64,000 nt of DNA, from IMG/VR virus record IMGVR_UViG_3300044568_004364. One strand, given 5' to 3'. Below the pieces are notes generated by a model that was not told the DNA's origin, ran no database searches, and saw nothing but the letters and a program-made list of their open reading frames with translations. Origin of the DNA: a virus. The translations under genes and the position numbers were made by a program. Position 1 is the stretch's first letter. Each line of letters begins with the position of its first letter. Shown one piece after another: positions 1-8,263 of the stretch.

Positions 1-16
1 AGGCGTATTTGAAAAT

Positions 17-96
17 TGGTACTCCTGATGGGGGATTGAACCCATGACCTCCCACTTATAAGGCGGGTGCTCTGACCACGACTGAGCTACAGGAGC
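17..96 (-). tRNA. tRNA-Ile(TAT)
   Basis: Reverse complement folds as a cloverleaf GCTCCTG...CAGGAGT-A-CCA; anticodon arm CCCGC-CTTATAA-GTGGG; T-loop TTCAATC. Confidence 0.85.
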
Positions 97-100
97 ATTA

Positions 101-175
101 TGGTCCACACTGACCGTAACGATCGGTCCTCTCAAGATTTTCAGTCTTGTGCTAATCCATCTCAGCTAAGTGTGG
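101..175 (-). tRNA. tRNA-Phe(GAA), atypical T-loop
   Basis: Anticodon arm CAAGA-CTGAAAA-TCTTG, CCA end; T-loop ATCGTTA. Confidence 0.8.
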
Positions 176-182
176 AGAAAGT

Positions 183-257
183 TGGTAGACGTTCTGGGTA
201 ATGCTCCCAGTTCTCATGGTTAAAAGCCATGTGCTTCACTATTAAAGCTTAACGTCC
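183..257 (-). tRNA. tRNA-Lys(TTT), atypical T-loop
   Basis: CATGG-CTTTTAA-CCATG; CCA end; T-arm CTGGG-AGCATTA-CCCAG. Confidence 0.8.
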
Positions 258-261
258 GTTA

Positions 262-338
262 TGGTACGACTAGAAGGATTTGAACCTTCGACCCCAGCTT
301 TATCAAAGCTGTGCTCTGACCATCTGAGCTATAGTCGT
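262..338 (-). tRNA. tRNA-Ile(GAT)
   Basis: CAGCT-TTGATAA-AGCTG; GGTTCAAATCC; CCA end. Confidence 0.92.
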
Positions 339-348
339 ATTAAAAAAG

Positions 349-421
349 TGGAGATGACAGAACTCGAATCTGCAACATCCTGCGTGCAAGGCAAGCGCTC
401 TACCAATTGAGCTACATCCCC
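349..421 (-). tRNA. tRNA-Ala(TGC)
   Basis: GGGGATG/CATCTCC acceptor with G3:U70, TGC anticodon; CCA not encoded. Confidence 0.9.
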
Positions 422-430
422 TTTGAAGTT

Positions 431-509
431 TGGTGGTTGTGATAGGATTTGAACCTATATACTTAGACTTATGAAATCTACTTCTTACCAAGTCGAAATT
501 CACACAACC
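431..509 (-). tRNA. tRNA-Met or Ile2 (CAT)
   Basis: TAGAT-TTCATAA-GTCTA; GGTTCAAATCC; CCA end. Confidence 0.8.
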
Positions 510-517
510 ATTGAAAA

Positions 518-595
518 TGGTCAGAGAGGCAGGATTTGAACCTGCGTTGTTCCTAGTTCCAAACTAGGTGTGTTAGACCGCTCCACCACCCTCTG
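518..595 (-). tRNA. tRNA-Pro(TGG)
   Basis: CCTAG-TTTGGAA-CTAGG; CCA end. Confidence 0.9.
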
Positions 596-711
596 ATAAA
601 AATTAAGTTGAAACACTTCTGCAAGATATACATACTCTTCGTCCGAAGACTTCAGCCATCACGCTGGTGGAAGAGCCCGTCCCTATGTTTCATGAGCCCG
701 TTTAGGTAAAT

Positions 712-788
712 TAGAACTAGACTGTAGATTGAAGCCTACACTTCTCACGTACTGTCGTGAGGTCCTTAACGCTTAGACGAAGTCTAGT
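712..788 (-). ncRNA. tRNA-like cloverleaf with non-canonical anticodon and T loops
   Basis: ACTAGAC/GTCTAGT acceptor-like stem, GTCT/GGAC D-like arm, CTCAC-GACAGTAC-GTGAG arm, TGTAG-GCTTCAAT-CTACA arm. Confidence 0.5.
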
Positions 789-792
789 AAAT

Positions 793-956
793 TGGATGAC
801 ACACGCTGAAGTTTGAGAGGCAGAAATTTGTTCAAGTATCCGGTCTTGTCGAGATATTGTTTTGTTTCGGTCTAAAAGACTTACTCCGTAAATCCGCACT
901 CGCAGTCACCCTCTCTTATGGTCTCGTAAATTACATCAGCTAGACCGTCTGTGTCA
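793..956 (-). ncRNA. ~164-nt CCA-tailed ncRNA in tRNA cluster
   Basis: Ends pair as TGACACA/TGTGTCA followed by T-CCA; flanked by the same AT-rich spacers as the tRNAs. Confidence 0.5.
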
Positions 957-960
957 AAAT

Positions 961-1034
961 TGGTACGCCATGTGGGAGTCGAACCCACGCCTCGAACTTG
1001 GAAGGATCACGTGCTACCGTAACACTTATAGCGC
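961..1034 (-). tRNA. tRNA-Gly(TCC)
   Basis: TCC anticodon, GGTTCGACTCC T-arm, CCA end. Confidence 0.85.
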
Positions 1035-1043
1035 TTTTGAAAA

Positions 1044-1119
1044 TGGCTCCCGAGGCACGACTCGAACGTGCAACATCTGAGTTAACAGCTCAGCGCATCT
1101 ACCATTGAGCTACTCGGGA
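1044..1119 (-). tRNA. tRNA-Asn(GTT)
   Basis: CTGAG-CTGTTAA-CTCAG; G-CCA end. Confidence 0.92.
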
Positions 1120-1298
1120 GTTGAAAATTGGTATGTCCATAGCATTGCGGCCTACGACTCACTTAGGACTGAAGCTAGCTACTGAAGATCGTAGCGATCT
1201 TTAATTATGATACACTGACATTATCTTCAGCACGGAATTTCAAGCCTGTATGCATACACATATGCACCTAACTCACCGAATAGTATCATAATTGAAAT

Positions 1299-1375
1299 TG
1301 GAGCCTCCTATCCGACTTGAACGGATAACCTGCTCATTACAAATGAGCTGCTACTGCCAATTGAGCTAAGGAGGC
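1299..1375 (-). tRNA. tRNA-Thr(TGT)
   Basis: GCTCA-TTTGTAA-TGAGC; CCA end. Confidence 0.92.
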
Positions 1376-1386
1376 ATTAAAGAAAG

Positions 1387-1483
1387 TGGATTTGAGCAGT
1401 CAGGTTGTCATCCTGATAGTGACTAGCCAGAGAATGGAGGAGTTGAACCTCCTTTTACTTAGTCCGAGTTCTCGCTGCTCAAA
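1387..1483 (-). ncRNA. ~97-nt CCA-tailed ncRNA with internal T-arm
   Basis: TTTGAGCAG/CTGCTCAAA closing helix plus T-CCA; internal GGAGG-TTCAACT-CCTCC; extra hairpin TCAGG/CCTGA; no anticodon arm. Confidence 0.55.
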
Positions 1484-1485
1484 AA

Positions 1486-1560
1486 TGGTCCGCGGTCATG
1501 GACTTGCACCATATTCGCTGCCGTCACAAGGCAGGACATTACTACATATGCTAACCTCGG
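1486..1560 (-). tRNA. tRNA-His(GTG)
   Basis: CTGCC-TTGTGAC-GGCAG; CCA end; T-loop TGCAAGT. Confidence 0.8.
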
Positions 1561-1567
1561 AATAAAA

Positions 1568-1656
1568 TGGTGTACGCGGTTGGAATCGAACCAACGATGT
1601 TTCTGATGAGCAGGGTTACAGTCTGCCGCCACACAACCAACAGTAGCCTCACGTAC
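1568..1656 (-). tRNA. tRNA-Tyr(GTA)
   Basis: GTA anticodon, long variable region, GGTTCGATTCC, CCA end. Confidence 0.88.
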
Positions 1657-1666
1657 TTTTGAAAAT

Positions 1667-1741
1667 TGGTACTGCCACGGGGAGTTGAACCCCGCTCTAA
1701 TGGTTGAAAACCATTTGTCCTAACCGATAGACGATGGCAGC
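1667..1741 (-). tRNA. tRNA-Glu(TTC)
   Basis: AATGG-TTTTCAA-CCATT; CCA end. Confidence 0.9.
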
Positions 1742-1751
1742 GTTGGAAAAT

Positions 1752-1890
1752 TAGATGAACATCAAGCGAAGCAAAATACGGAATCGAACCGTCCCTCCCG
1801 TTTTCACGACGGGCGCGCAAGCCATTACACAATAATTGCCATCTTTGACTCAAGGCCTGCAAGCCTCTCTTCTCAGAGTCTCGATGTTCA
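1752..1890 (-). ncRNA. ~135-nt ncRNA containing an embedded tRNA-like domain
   Basis: Closing helix TGAACATCGAG/CTTGATGTTCA; internal CCCGT-CGTGAAA-ACGGG arm and ACGG-TTCGATT-CCGT T-arm. Confidence 0.55.
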
Positions 1891-1917
1891 CTTAACGAGA
1901 GTTGCAGCTCTCAAAAT

Positions 1918-1996
1918 TGGTCTCCTAGGTGAGAGTCGAACTCACAATATCACCGCCCCTTGAAGGCAGTCGCTTTGCCAGTTTGCGTACACGGAG
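1918..1996 (-). tRNA. tRNA-Leu(CAA), short variable arm and mismatched acceptor
   Basis: CTGCC-TTCAAGG-GGCGG; GTGAG-TTCGACT-CTCAC; CCA end. Confidence 0.65.
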
Positions 1997-2242
1997 GATT
2001 GAAAAATTGTACGGTGTTTTCTTTGGATTCAGATCACCGAAATTCTGAATAATCATTGCATTCGTAATAGCTGCAGCGTTAACCACAGTTACAATAGTAA
2101 CGAAATTAGTACTGCCACGGGGGAGTTGAAATGGGAGTGTACGCAGAACCTTCTACTGCAACATGGGTTTGTAAGCCACTATCAACGCACGATACACTGG
2201 CATGCTGTTGGTATTCTCTCAATATGAATATTGAGATTAAAT

Positions 2243-2317
2243 TGGTTGCGGCGGGTGGGATTCGAACCCACGTGCACGGCTTATGAGACCGTTGAGTTAC
2301 CTCTACTCTACCCCGCG
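2243..2317 (-). tRNA. tRNA-Met(CAT), initiator-like
   Basis: Starts CGCGGGG with C1:A72 mismatch, CTCATAA loop, A-CCA end. Confidence 0.85.
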
Positions 2318-2574
2318 ATTGAAAATCTTAACTGTAACGGTATCACAGTCATGCTCCGATGGGACTACCCATACTGTTGAAAATGTTCGGTCTTTTCTTT
2401 TACATCAGGCGACCGACACCCTGATGGCGTGCATATTATACGATATATGCAAACGAGTAAAATTATTGACTACTCATAAAAACCTCGTTTATGATGACAC
2501 CTATTTGTGCTCGCTTGGGCGTTTCAGGTACTCCCTCGTCATGAACCTTGAATTACTATTTATATATTGTTGAG

Positions 2575-2710
2575 ATATTATATATACTTTTTTATGAAAG
2601 TAAATAACTTTTTTTCAACTTTTTTCTTGATCGGAACAGCTTCGATTTATTTACCGTTGCCGTTCGTTACGAGATTATTATACACTATTTTTTGCGCAAT
2701 GTAAATAACT
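2575..2710 (-). promoter_or_regulatory. two sigma70-type promoters reading toward the tRNA cluster
   Basis: Minus strand TTTACT-N17-TATAAT and TTTACA-N17-TATAAT with A/T-rich UP regions. Confidence 0.65.
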
Positions 2711-2759
2711 TTATGCAAAAAAATGCATATTCCTATATTGTATATGGTGTAAAAGACGC

Positions 2760-2798
2760 AAAAAACCGCATCTAAGCACGCGGCCAGATGCGGTTTTT
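2760..2798 (-). terminator. intrinsic terminator
   Basis: AAAACCGCATCT...AGATGCGGTTTT hairpin with T-tracts. Confidence 0.7.
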
Positions 2799-2816
2799 AT
2801 GAAATATGAGATGACC

Positions 2817-3500
2817 TTATGAGTCTTTCTTAGATTTTTTGGCAGTCTTAGGAGTAGGCTGTGGTGCCGCTGAGGCAGCTTCTGCAGCCTCACGTGCTGC
2901 AGTGCGTGCCTCAAGACGTGTCATTACTTCGGCTGCAGTCATCCAAATGTCACGGTCTTCAATCATATCTTTAATTTCAGCTTCACTCAAGAAGTCCGTA
3001 TACATATCCTTAAAGAGACGTTCACTCCATCCACGCTCGTGAATTAAGCAGCTATACATCTCGCCACCTTTGCCCATTGTTTGTGAGCTATAGTTGTGAA
3101 ACAAGAATACACTATGATCAGTAATCATATATTCATCTGCCATAAGGAAGATAAGAGTTGCTGCGCTCATGCATGCTCCTTCAACACTTGCAATGATATG
3201 CGCTTCCGTTTCAGATAGTGCTTGTAAGAATTGAATGGTTGTAAAGATGTTACCGCCTGGGCAATTAATGTGAAGTTTAATTACATCAGTTGGGCGGCTA
3301 TTACGTATATCATGAAACCAATCAACATATTCTGATGGGTCACCAATAGTATCACTAAGGTAATATTCCTTTACTGCTCCATAGTCATTTGCATATGAAT
3401 GCGTATTGTCAGGTTTGAATAGTTTGCCGAATAGTTCGGCGTTATTTTTATTTTTATTATTTTTATGCATGTCCGAATAGTTTACTTTTATTGTATTCAT
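2817..3500 (-). CDS. ClpP-like serine protease
   Basis: IKLHINCPGG, GACMSAATLIF, FLFHN motifs of the ClpP fold. Confidence 0.8.
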   Translation of the reverse strand: MNTIKVNYSDMHKNNKNKNNAELFGKLFKPDNTHSYANDYGAVKEYYLSDTIGDPSEYVDWFHDIRNSRPTDVIKLHINCPGGNIFTTIQFLQALSETEAHIIASVEGACMSAATLIFLMADEYMITDHSVFLFHNYSSQTMGKGGEMYSCLIHERGWSERLFKDMYTDFLSEAEIKDMIEDRDIWMTAAEVMTRLEARTAAREAAEAASAAPQPTPKTAKKSKKDS

Positions 3501-4179
3501 TTATTGTATCTATCAACCCAGGAACCCAGGTGTCTCTCTTCTCAACAAAAACGAGAGGCTCTGTTGAATTTTCAACGGCCATAAGTATTACTAGTTGTGG
3601 CACAGGTATACCAGTGCGTTCTTCAAACATGATTGCATATGCTGCAGCCTGCATGAAATAGCTCTGTATATGATCACGTGTCTTTACACGAGAGCTTGTC
3701 TTAAAGTCAACAATACTATGTTTACCATTAAATTTTGCAACAAGATCCACACGACCTGCAACGCCAAGATGATTGCTATAAAGAGGACATTCTTGTAGCA
3801 CAACTTCATCAATGTTTGCGTCAATGATAGTTTGTATTGCGCCAAACATACCCTTCACGTGAGGCATTTCTTGAGGATCAAAATAGTGCTCTTCATTATT
3901 AAGATAACGCTCTGCAATGGTATGCATTGCAGTACCACGTGTTGCAGCATGCCGCATAACACGATTTGCTTCTTCTTCGCCTACACGTGCGCGCCATTCA
4001 CGTATACCATCCTTGCTAAGTACACTTAATACTGTTGTAATGCTAGGATAACGACGTCCGTCTGGTGTAACATATTGGCGTCCAGTTTTTCCAGTGACTG
4101 CATCAAGATCGTCATAATCTAGCTTAACAGGAGTGTGCTTGAAACATTTGCGAGCTATCTTCATTTTAAATAGTCCCAT
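3463..4179 (-). CDS. PD-(D/E)XK exonuclease (T4-like phage family)
   Basis: YPSITTVLS, RGTAMH, GRVD, IVDFKTS, YFMQAAAYA. Confidence 0.8.
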   Translation of the reverse strand: MGLFKMKIARKCFKHTPVKLDYDDLDAVTGKTGRQYVTPDGRRYPSITTVLSVLSKDGIREWRARVGEEEANRVMRHAATRGTAMHTIAERYLNNEEHYFDPQEMPHVKGMFGAIQTIIDANIDEVVLQECPLYSNHLGVAGRVDLVAKFNGKHSIVDFKTSSRVKTRDHIQSYFMQAAAYAIMFEERTGIPVPQLVILMAVENSTEPLVFVEKRDTWVPGLIDTINEYNKSKLFGHA

Positions 4180-4321
4180 TCAGTAAAGATATTACGGTGT
4201 GTTTCTTTGTTTTTGCGTGCATCTTCAAAGCGGCTATTCTTTTGCTTATATTTACGCGCACCTTCATCTACATTACGTTTATTACGATCTCGATTTTTTT
4301 TACCTTTTTTCATAAGTACTT

Positions 4322-4579
4322 TTATCGTGTTTCAATTTTACTTTGTCTTCCGCTACTCTTCTTAACCTTATTTAATACATCATTCCATCCGCTCCCTGCG
4401 CGTTGCAATACAGTCAACCCACCAGCATATGAAAGCGCCGGTGCGGCTATAGTTCGCATTACACAATCGACGCATTTGCAATGTGGACAAGAATCTGCGC
4501 ACGGCGCGTCACGAGAATCCAAAGGTAGCCTTAGATCCCATACGGCGGCACAACTCTTGCAGTTATATGAATATGTCAT
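4322..4579 (-). CDS. FmdB-like zinc-ribbon protein
   Basis: MTYSYNCKSC...CPHC. Confidence 0.65.
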   Translation of the reverse strand: MTYSYNCKSCAAVWDLRLPLDSRDAPCADSCPHCKCVDCVMRTIAAPALSYAGGLTVLQRAGSGWNDVLNKVKKSSGRQSKIETR

Positions 4580-4582
4580 ATT

Positions 4583-5026
4583 TTAAATTCCTAGGTCCGT
4601 GAATGCCTTTTTAACCAATGAAGGCGTAAGCGTCGAATATTTTTTAGTCAACGCTTTATCTTTCATAGCAATAAAAATCTCAGCATCCTTTTCACATACC
4701 TCTTCAAGCAGACGAATAAAGGACATCTCCTTTTTCATTTTAGGCCAACGTGGATTTCCTACAAGTAGTAATGGCAGCATATTAACATGTTTTTTCATTG
4801 ACATGTGCATCATACCAGCTGGCGATGGATTAACCGTATATGGAGGAGCGCCTGCCGGCAAGTCAAAAACAATATCAGCTCTAAAGGCTGCTTGTAAGAT
4901 TGTTTTTAATTCATAACTCTCATTCTCTTGTAGCAGCGCAATTCTATCTGCCTGTTTATCAGCAGTCTGCACGGCTTCAAATACCTCAAACGGTAATTTA
5001 TTTACATTATTTTTTGCTGTTTTCAT
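4583..5026 (-). CDS. conserved T4-like hypothetical protein
   Basis: DLPAGAPPY and FIRLLE motifs; TATAAATA late promoter at 5039-5046. Confidence 0.65.
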   Translation of the reverse strand: MKTAKNNVNKLPFEVFEAVQTADKQADRIALLQENESYELKTILQAAFRADIVFDLPAGAPPYTVNPSPAGMMHMSMKKHVNMLPLLLVGNPRWPKMKKEMSFIRLLEEVCEKDAEIFIAMKDKALTKKYSTLTPSLVKKAFTDLGI

Positions 5027-5037
5027 AATCTACATTC

Positions 5038-5907
5038 TTATTTATATGTGAAAAATTCTTCGGCACAATCTACCAACATATTACATCTTTTGGAGATAAG
5101 ATAATTTAATACCTTACTGTTGGATTTTGCTGGTGCCGCGGCATAAGCTTCATTGATTTTTTGTACCACTTCATCAGGTATACACGATAAGTCAATGACA
5201 CGTGAATTGCGAGAATAGTTACGATAGACGTCATCTGGCATAACGTCCCTAAGGTTGCCTTTTTTCAGTGCAGCATACCATTCATCAATCTTCTTAGCGC
5301 TTAATGGTTTTTGACGTCCACCGTCAACAAACACGCGATCTTCAGAGAGTACATTTGGTACACCATCTCCGCTGTCCCCACGGAAGATATGTTCACATAG
5401 GTAACGATGTGGATTTGAGTCTGTAATTAGTTTTTTAGTCATTGGACTAAATTGAGTTACATTATCATACTTTTGCAGCTGGATAAAATCTTTATCAGCG
5501 CTAATGATCATGACTGGTTCATAAGAACCAAACTCTTGTGTATTTTCAACAAGTGTTGCAATAACATCATCGGCTTCTGCGTGTGGTGCACCAACAACAC
5601 TATATGGCATATGCTCTATAATCTCATCACGTACTGTATTAATAATGCCAAAGATCATATCCCAATCTAATGGAGATGAGTCTCTATTCTTTTTGCGTGA
5701 TGCCTTATATTCAGGATAATATTTTTTGCGCCAACTTCCACTGTCAACAGCGAGAATCATGCGTCCATACTTATCACGGTATTTGACATTATACATTCTC
5801 AAGCTATTGAGAATAATATGACGCATAAAATCTTCAGTAATATTTCCCCGCGCTGATTGAGAGAAGATTCCCGCAATAGCAATTCCGCTATAGTCTACAA
5901 TTTGCAT
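5038..5907 (-). CDS. rnh: T4-type RNase H (5'-3' exonuclease)
   Basis: SWRKKYYPEYKASR, EADDVIA, ISADKDFIQL, GDSGDGVPN. Confidence 0.92.
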   Translation of the reverse strand: MQIVDYSGIAIAGIFSQSARGNITEDFMRHIILNSLRMYNVKYRDKYGRMILAVDSGSWRKKYYPEYKASRKKNRDSSPLDWDMIFGIINTVRDEIIEHMPYSVVGAPHAEADDVIATLVENTQEFGSYEPVMIISADKDFIQLQKYDNVTQFSPMTKKLITDSNPHRYLCEHIFRGDSGDGVPNVLSEDRVFVDGGRQKPLSAKKIDEWYAALKKGNLRDVMPDDVYRNYSRNSRVIDLSCIPDEVVQKINEAYAAAPAKSNSKVLNYLISKRCNMLVDCAEEFFTYK

Positions 5908-5943
5908 ACGGTTTATTATATACTAATTTGCCTAGTTTGTAAA

Positions 5944-6378
5944 TCATTTTTTCCATAAATTTTTCACATGAGCGCTGTGTATTTTCACACCGATAAACTC
6001 ATTGTAATAATCATCTGTCAATAGCACTTCTTTAGTGAATTGCCACTTTGCTTCAATATAAGATAGTTCACCTTTTGCTTTACAAAACTCAAGTATTTCA
6101 CGCCGAAAATCAGCTGGACGTTCATCAACCAAAAGCTTAACTTTTTCACTGCTGCCATAGTACTTTGCCCAATCACTTTGAATAATGTCAATACGCTTTC
6201 GTTTTTGGCCTTTCAGCGGTGGACGTTTTCTTTTTGTAATTAACAGCTTTTTGCCGATATACTTTTTGCCGTTTAATACATCTGTAATTTCATAGATGAA
6301 TCCAATGCAGCCTTCTGCAATTTTTAGTTCGGCATCTTCTTTAGTAAAAGTGTTATTTTGATACGTCCATGGACTCAT
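5944..6378 (-). CDS. stand-alone GIY-YIG nuclease (Seg-like)
   Basis: GFIYEITD...KKYIGKK, YYGSS, YYN. Confidence 0.75.
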   Translation of the reverse strand: MSPWTYQNNTFTKEDAELKIAEGCIGFIYEITDVLNGKKYIGKKLLITKRKRPPLKGQKRKRIDIIQSDWAKYYGSSEKVKLLVDERPADFRREILEFCKAKGELSYIEAKWQFTKEVLLTDDYYNEFIGVKIHSAHVKNLWKK

Positions 6379-6387
6379 ACGATTTAT

Positions 6388-6585
6388 TTATTCATCGTCT
6401 TCTGAGTCGCCTTCGGTGCCATACAAATGGTGTGTACCACAAAACGGGCAAAACTCTGGATATAATTCATCGCGTTCTAGGTCGCCAAAATCGTCTTCAT
6501 CGTCACAATAGTATTTGTCGTCATCATCGTCCCAAATAACTTCATATACATACTTGCATTTTGGGCATCTATTATTTTCGTTCAT
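6388..6585 (-). CDS. small acidic zinc-finger protein
   Basis: CPKC...CPFCG with Asp-rich linker. Confidence 0.6.
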   Translation of the reverse strand: MNENNRCPKCKYVYEVIWDDDDDKYYCDDEDDFGDLERDELYPEFCPFCGTHHLYGTEGDSEDDE

Positions 6586-6590
6586 TGTCT

Positions 6591-8243
6591 TTATGCTTCA
6601 CATGTAGTGCAGGTTGTAATTGAACGTGCAAGTTCTTGTGAAGGATTTGTACCACGTTGATAATACAAGCTCTTAATGCCGTTCTCCCAGGCAAAGATCA
6701 TAAGTTCATTTACAAGCTTTGGCTTTGCATCAGATGAAATCATGATGTTTAAACTCTGCCCTTGGTCAATGTATGGTTGGCGTTGTGCAGCTTGAATAAT
6801 AATATCCTTCTGAGAAATTTCGCCAAACGTTTTAAATACAGCGCGCTCTTCAGGAGTTAGTGTTGTTAAGTGTTGCACGCTGCCACCATGAACAAGTATA
6901 TCTTTCCAAACATCAGATTTATCCAATCCTTTGCGCTGCAGCAATGTTTTAAGATAAGGATTCTTAAATGTGAATTTACCTTTGGCAAGATCCTTAACAA
7001 AGTAATTACTATTAAGCGGCTCAATACTTGGACTTACTTGTCCTAAGATAAAGCTGCTGCTTGTTGTAGGTGCAACCGCCAGTGTTGTTGTATTACGGCG
7101 CCCATAACCAACAAGCAACTCAGGCTCTCCATATAGTGTGGCAAGTTCCGTTGTTGCTGCATCGGCGTCTTCACGTATCTTACTCCAAATTTGAATGTTA
7201 CGTGCTTGTGCTTCAATACTCTCAAATGCAACATCATTCTTTTGTAGGTAATTATGCCAACCTAGTACTCCTACGCCCAATGCACGTTGGCGTATTGCAA
7301 AATTACGTGGCGCGCTCATGTGAGCCATACCTTCGGTCTTGTCTATAAATTCCGTCATAACGGCATCCAAGAAATATACGAGTGTTTGTATGGCATCTGT
7401 CTGCGCAAGTTCGTCCCACAGCTCAAGGTTGAGGCTGCTAAGATTGCATACAAAACTTTCGTCGGCCGTTGTGCTTAGGAAAATTTCACTGCATAAGTTA
7501 CTGGCATGAATAGTTTTACCTTTATCCTTATAAACCTGCGGTGCAGCATTGTTTGCGTTATCACTAAAGAAAATGTATGGATATCCACTCTCAAATCGTT
7601 TCTTGATAACCTTGCCCCATACCGAACGTTTTTCTTTATCGCCCGCCTTCATTAAATTCATCCATTCATCACTAACAGTAACGCCAATACTCATATTTTG
7701 TATCTTATGGCCTTCACCTCGAATTTTTAAAAATTCTTCAATATCTGGATGATCAATTGGTAGGTATGCCGCAAAGGAGCCACGTCGTACATTGCCTTGC
7801 GAGACAACATCCATAAGTCCTTCATACAGCTCCATAAAATGGACTGCACCAGTACTTGTTCCTCCGCTGTTAATAGGTGCGCCGCGTCCACGTACATCAC
7901 CAAAGTATGCGCTTGTTCCTCCGCCATGCTTTGTCATCATTGCAATCTCAGCATATTTACTGCCAGCAATTTCTTCAAGCGAATCGCTAATATAACTGCC
8001 AAAGCAACTAATAGGTAACCCGCGCTTACGTCCAAAGTTGCTCCAGATTGGGCTGCTTAAAGAATAATAACCAGCATGTAAGTAACCTAAAAATTTTGAG
8101 CCAAAGCCTTTAAGATTTAATAATTTCTCTGCATGCGCCGCAATATCAGCCATGCGCGCCTCAGGCGTTTCGCCTTCTACCAAATAGCCACGTTCAAGGA
8201 ATTTTCTTGAATCGGCATTCAACCAATGTATTTGTTCATTCAT
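6591..8243 (-). CDS. nrdA: class I ribonucleotide reductase alpha subunit (no ATP cone)
   Basis: PISCF, GGGTS, SNLCSEI, APTTSSS, KSLYY, C-terminal CTTC. Confidence 0.93.
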   Translation of the reverse strand: MNEQIHWLNADSRKFLERGYLVEGETPEARMADIAAHAEKLLNLKGFGSKFLGYLHAGYYSLSSPIWSNFGRKRGLPISCFGSYISDSLEEIAGSKYAEIAMMTKHGGGTSAYFGDVRGRGAPINSGGTSTGAVHFMELYEGLMDVVSQGNVRRGSFAAYLPIDHPDIEEFLKIRGEGHKIQNMSIGVTVSDEWMNLMKAGDKEKRSVWGKVIKKRFESGYPYIFFSDNANNAAPQVYKDKGKTIHASNLCSEIFLSTTADESFVCNLSSLNLELWDELAQTDAIQTLVYFLDAVMTEFIDKTEGMAHMSAPRNFAIRQRALGVGVLGWHNYLQKNDVAFESIEAQARNIQIWSKIREDADAATTELATLYGEPELLVGYGRRNTTTLAVAPTTSSSFILGQVSPSIEPLNSNYFVKDLAKGKFTFKNPYLKTLLQRKGLDKSDVWKDILVHGGSVQHLTTLTPEERAVFKTFGEISQKDIIIQAAQRQPYIDQGQSLNIMISSDAKPKLVNELMIFAWENGIKSLYYQRGTNPSQELARSITTCTTCEA

Positions 8244-8263
8244 AATCTAAATTTATATATCGC

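Noticed and set aside
1918-1996. Suppressor or selenocysteine tRNA (TCA anticodon)
   Set aside because: The best 5-bp stem and 7-nt loop register gives CAA (Leu), and there is no SelC-type long arm.
303-2573. Short ORFs in the tRNA region
   Set aside because: They overlap tRNA or ncRNA genes or lie antisense, with no protein motifs.
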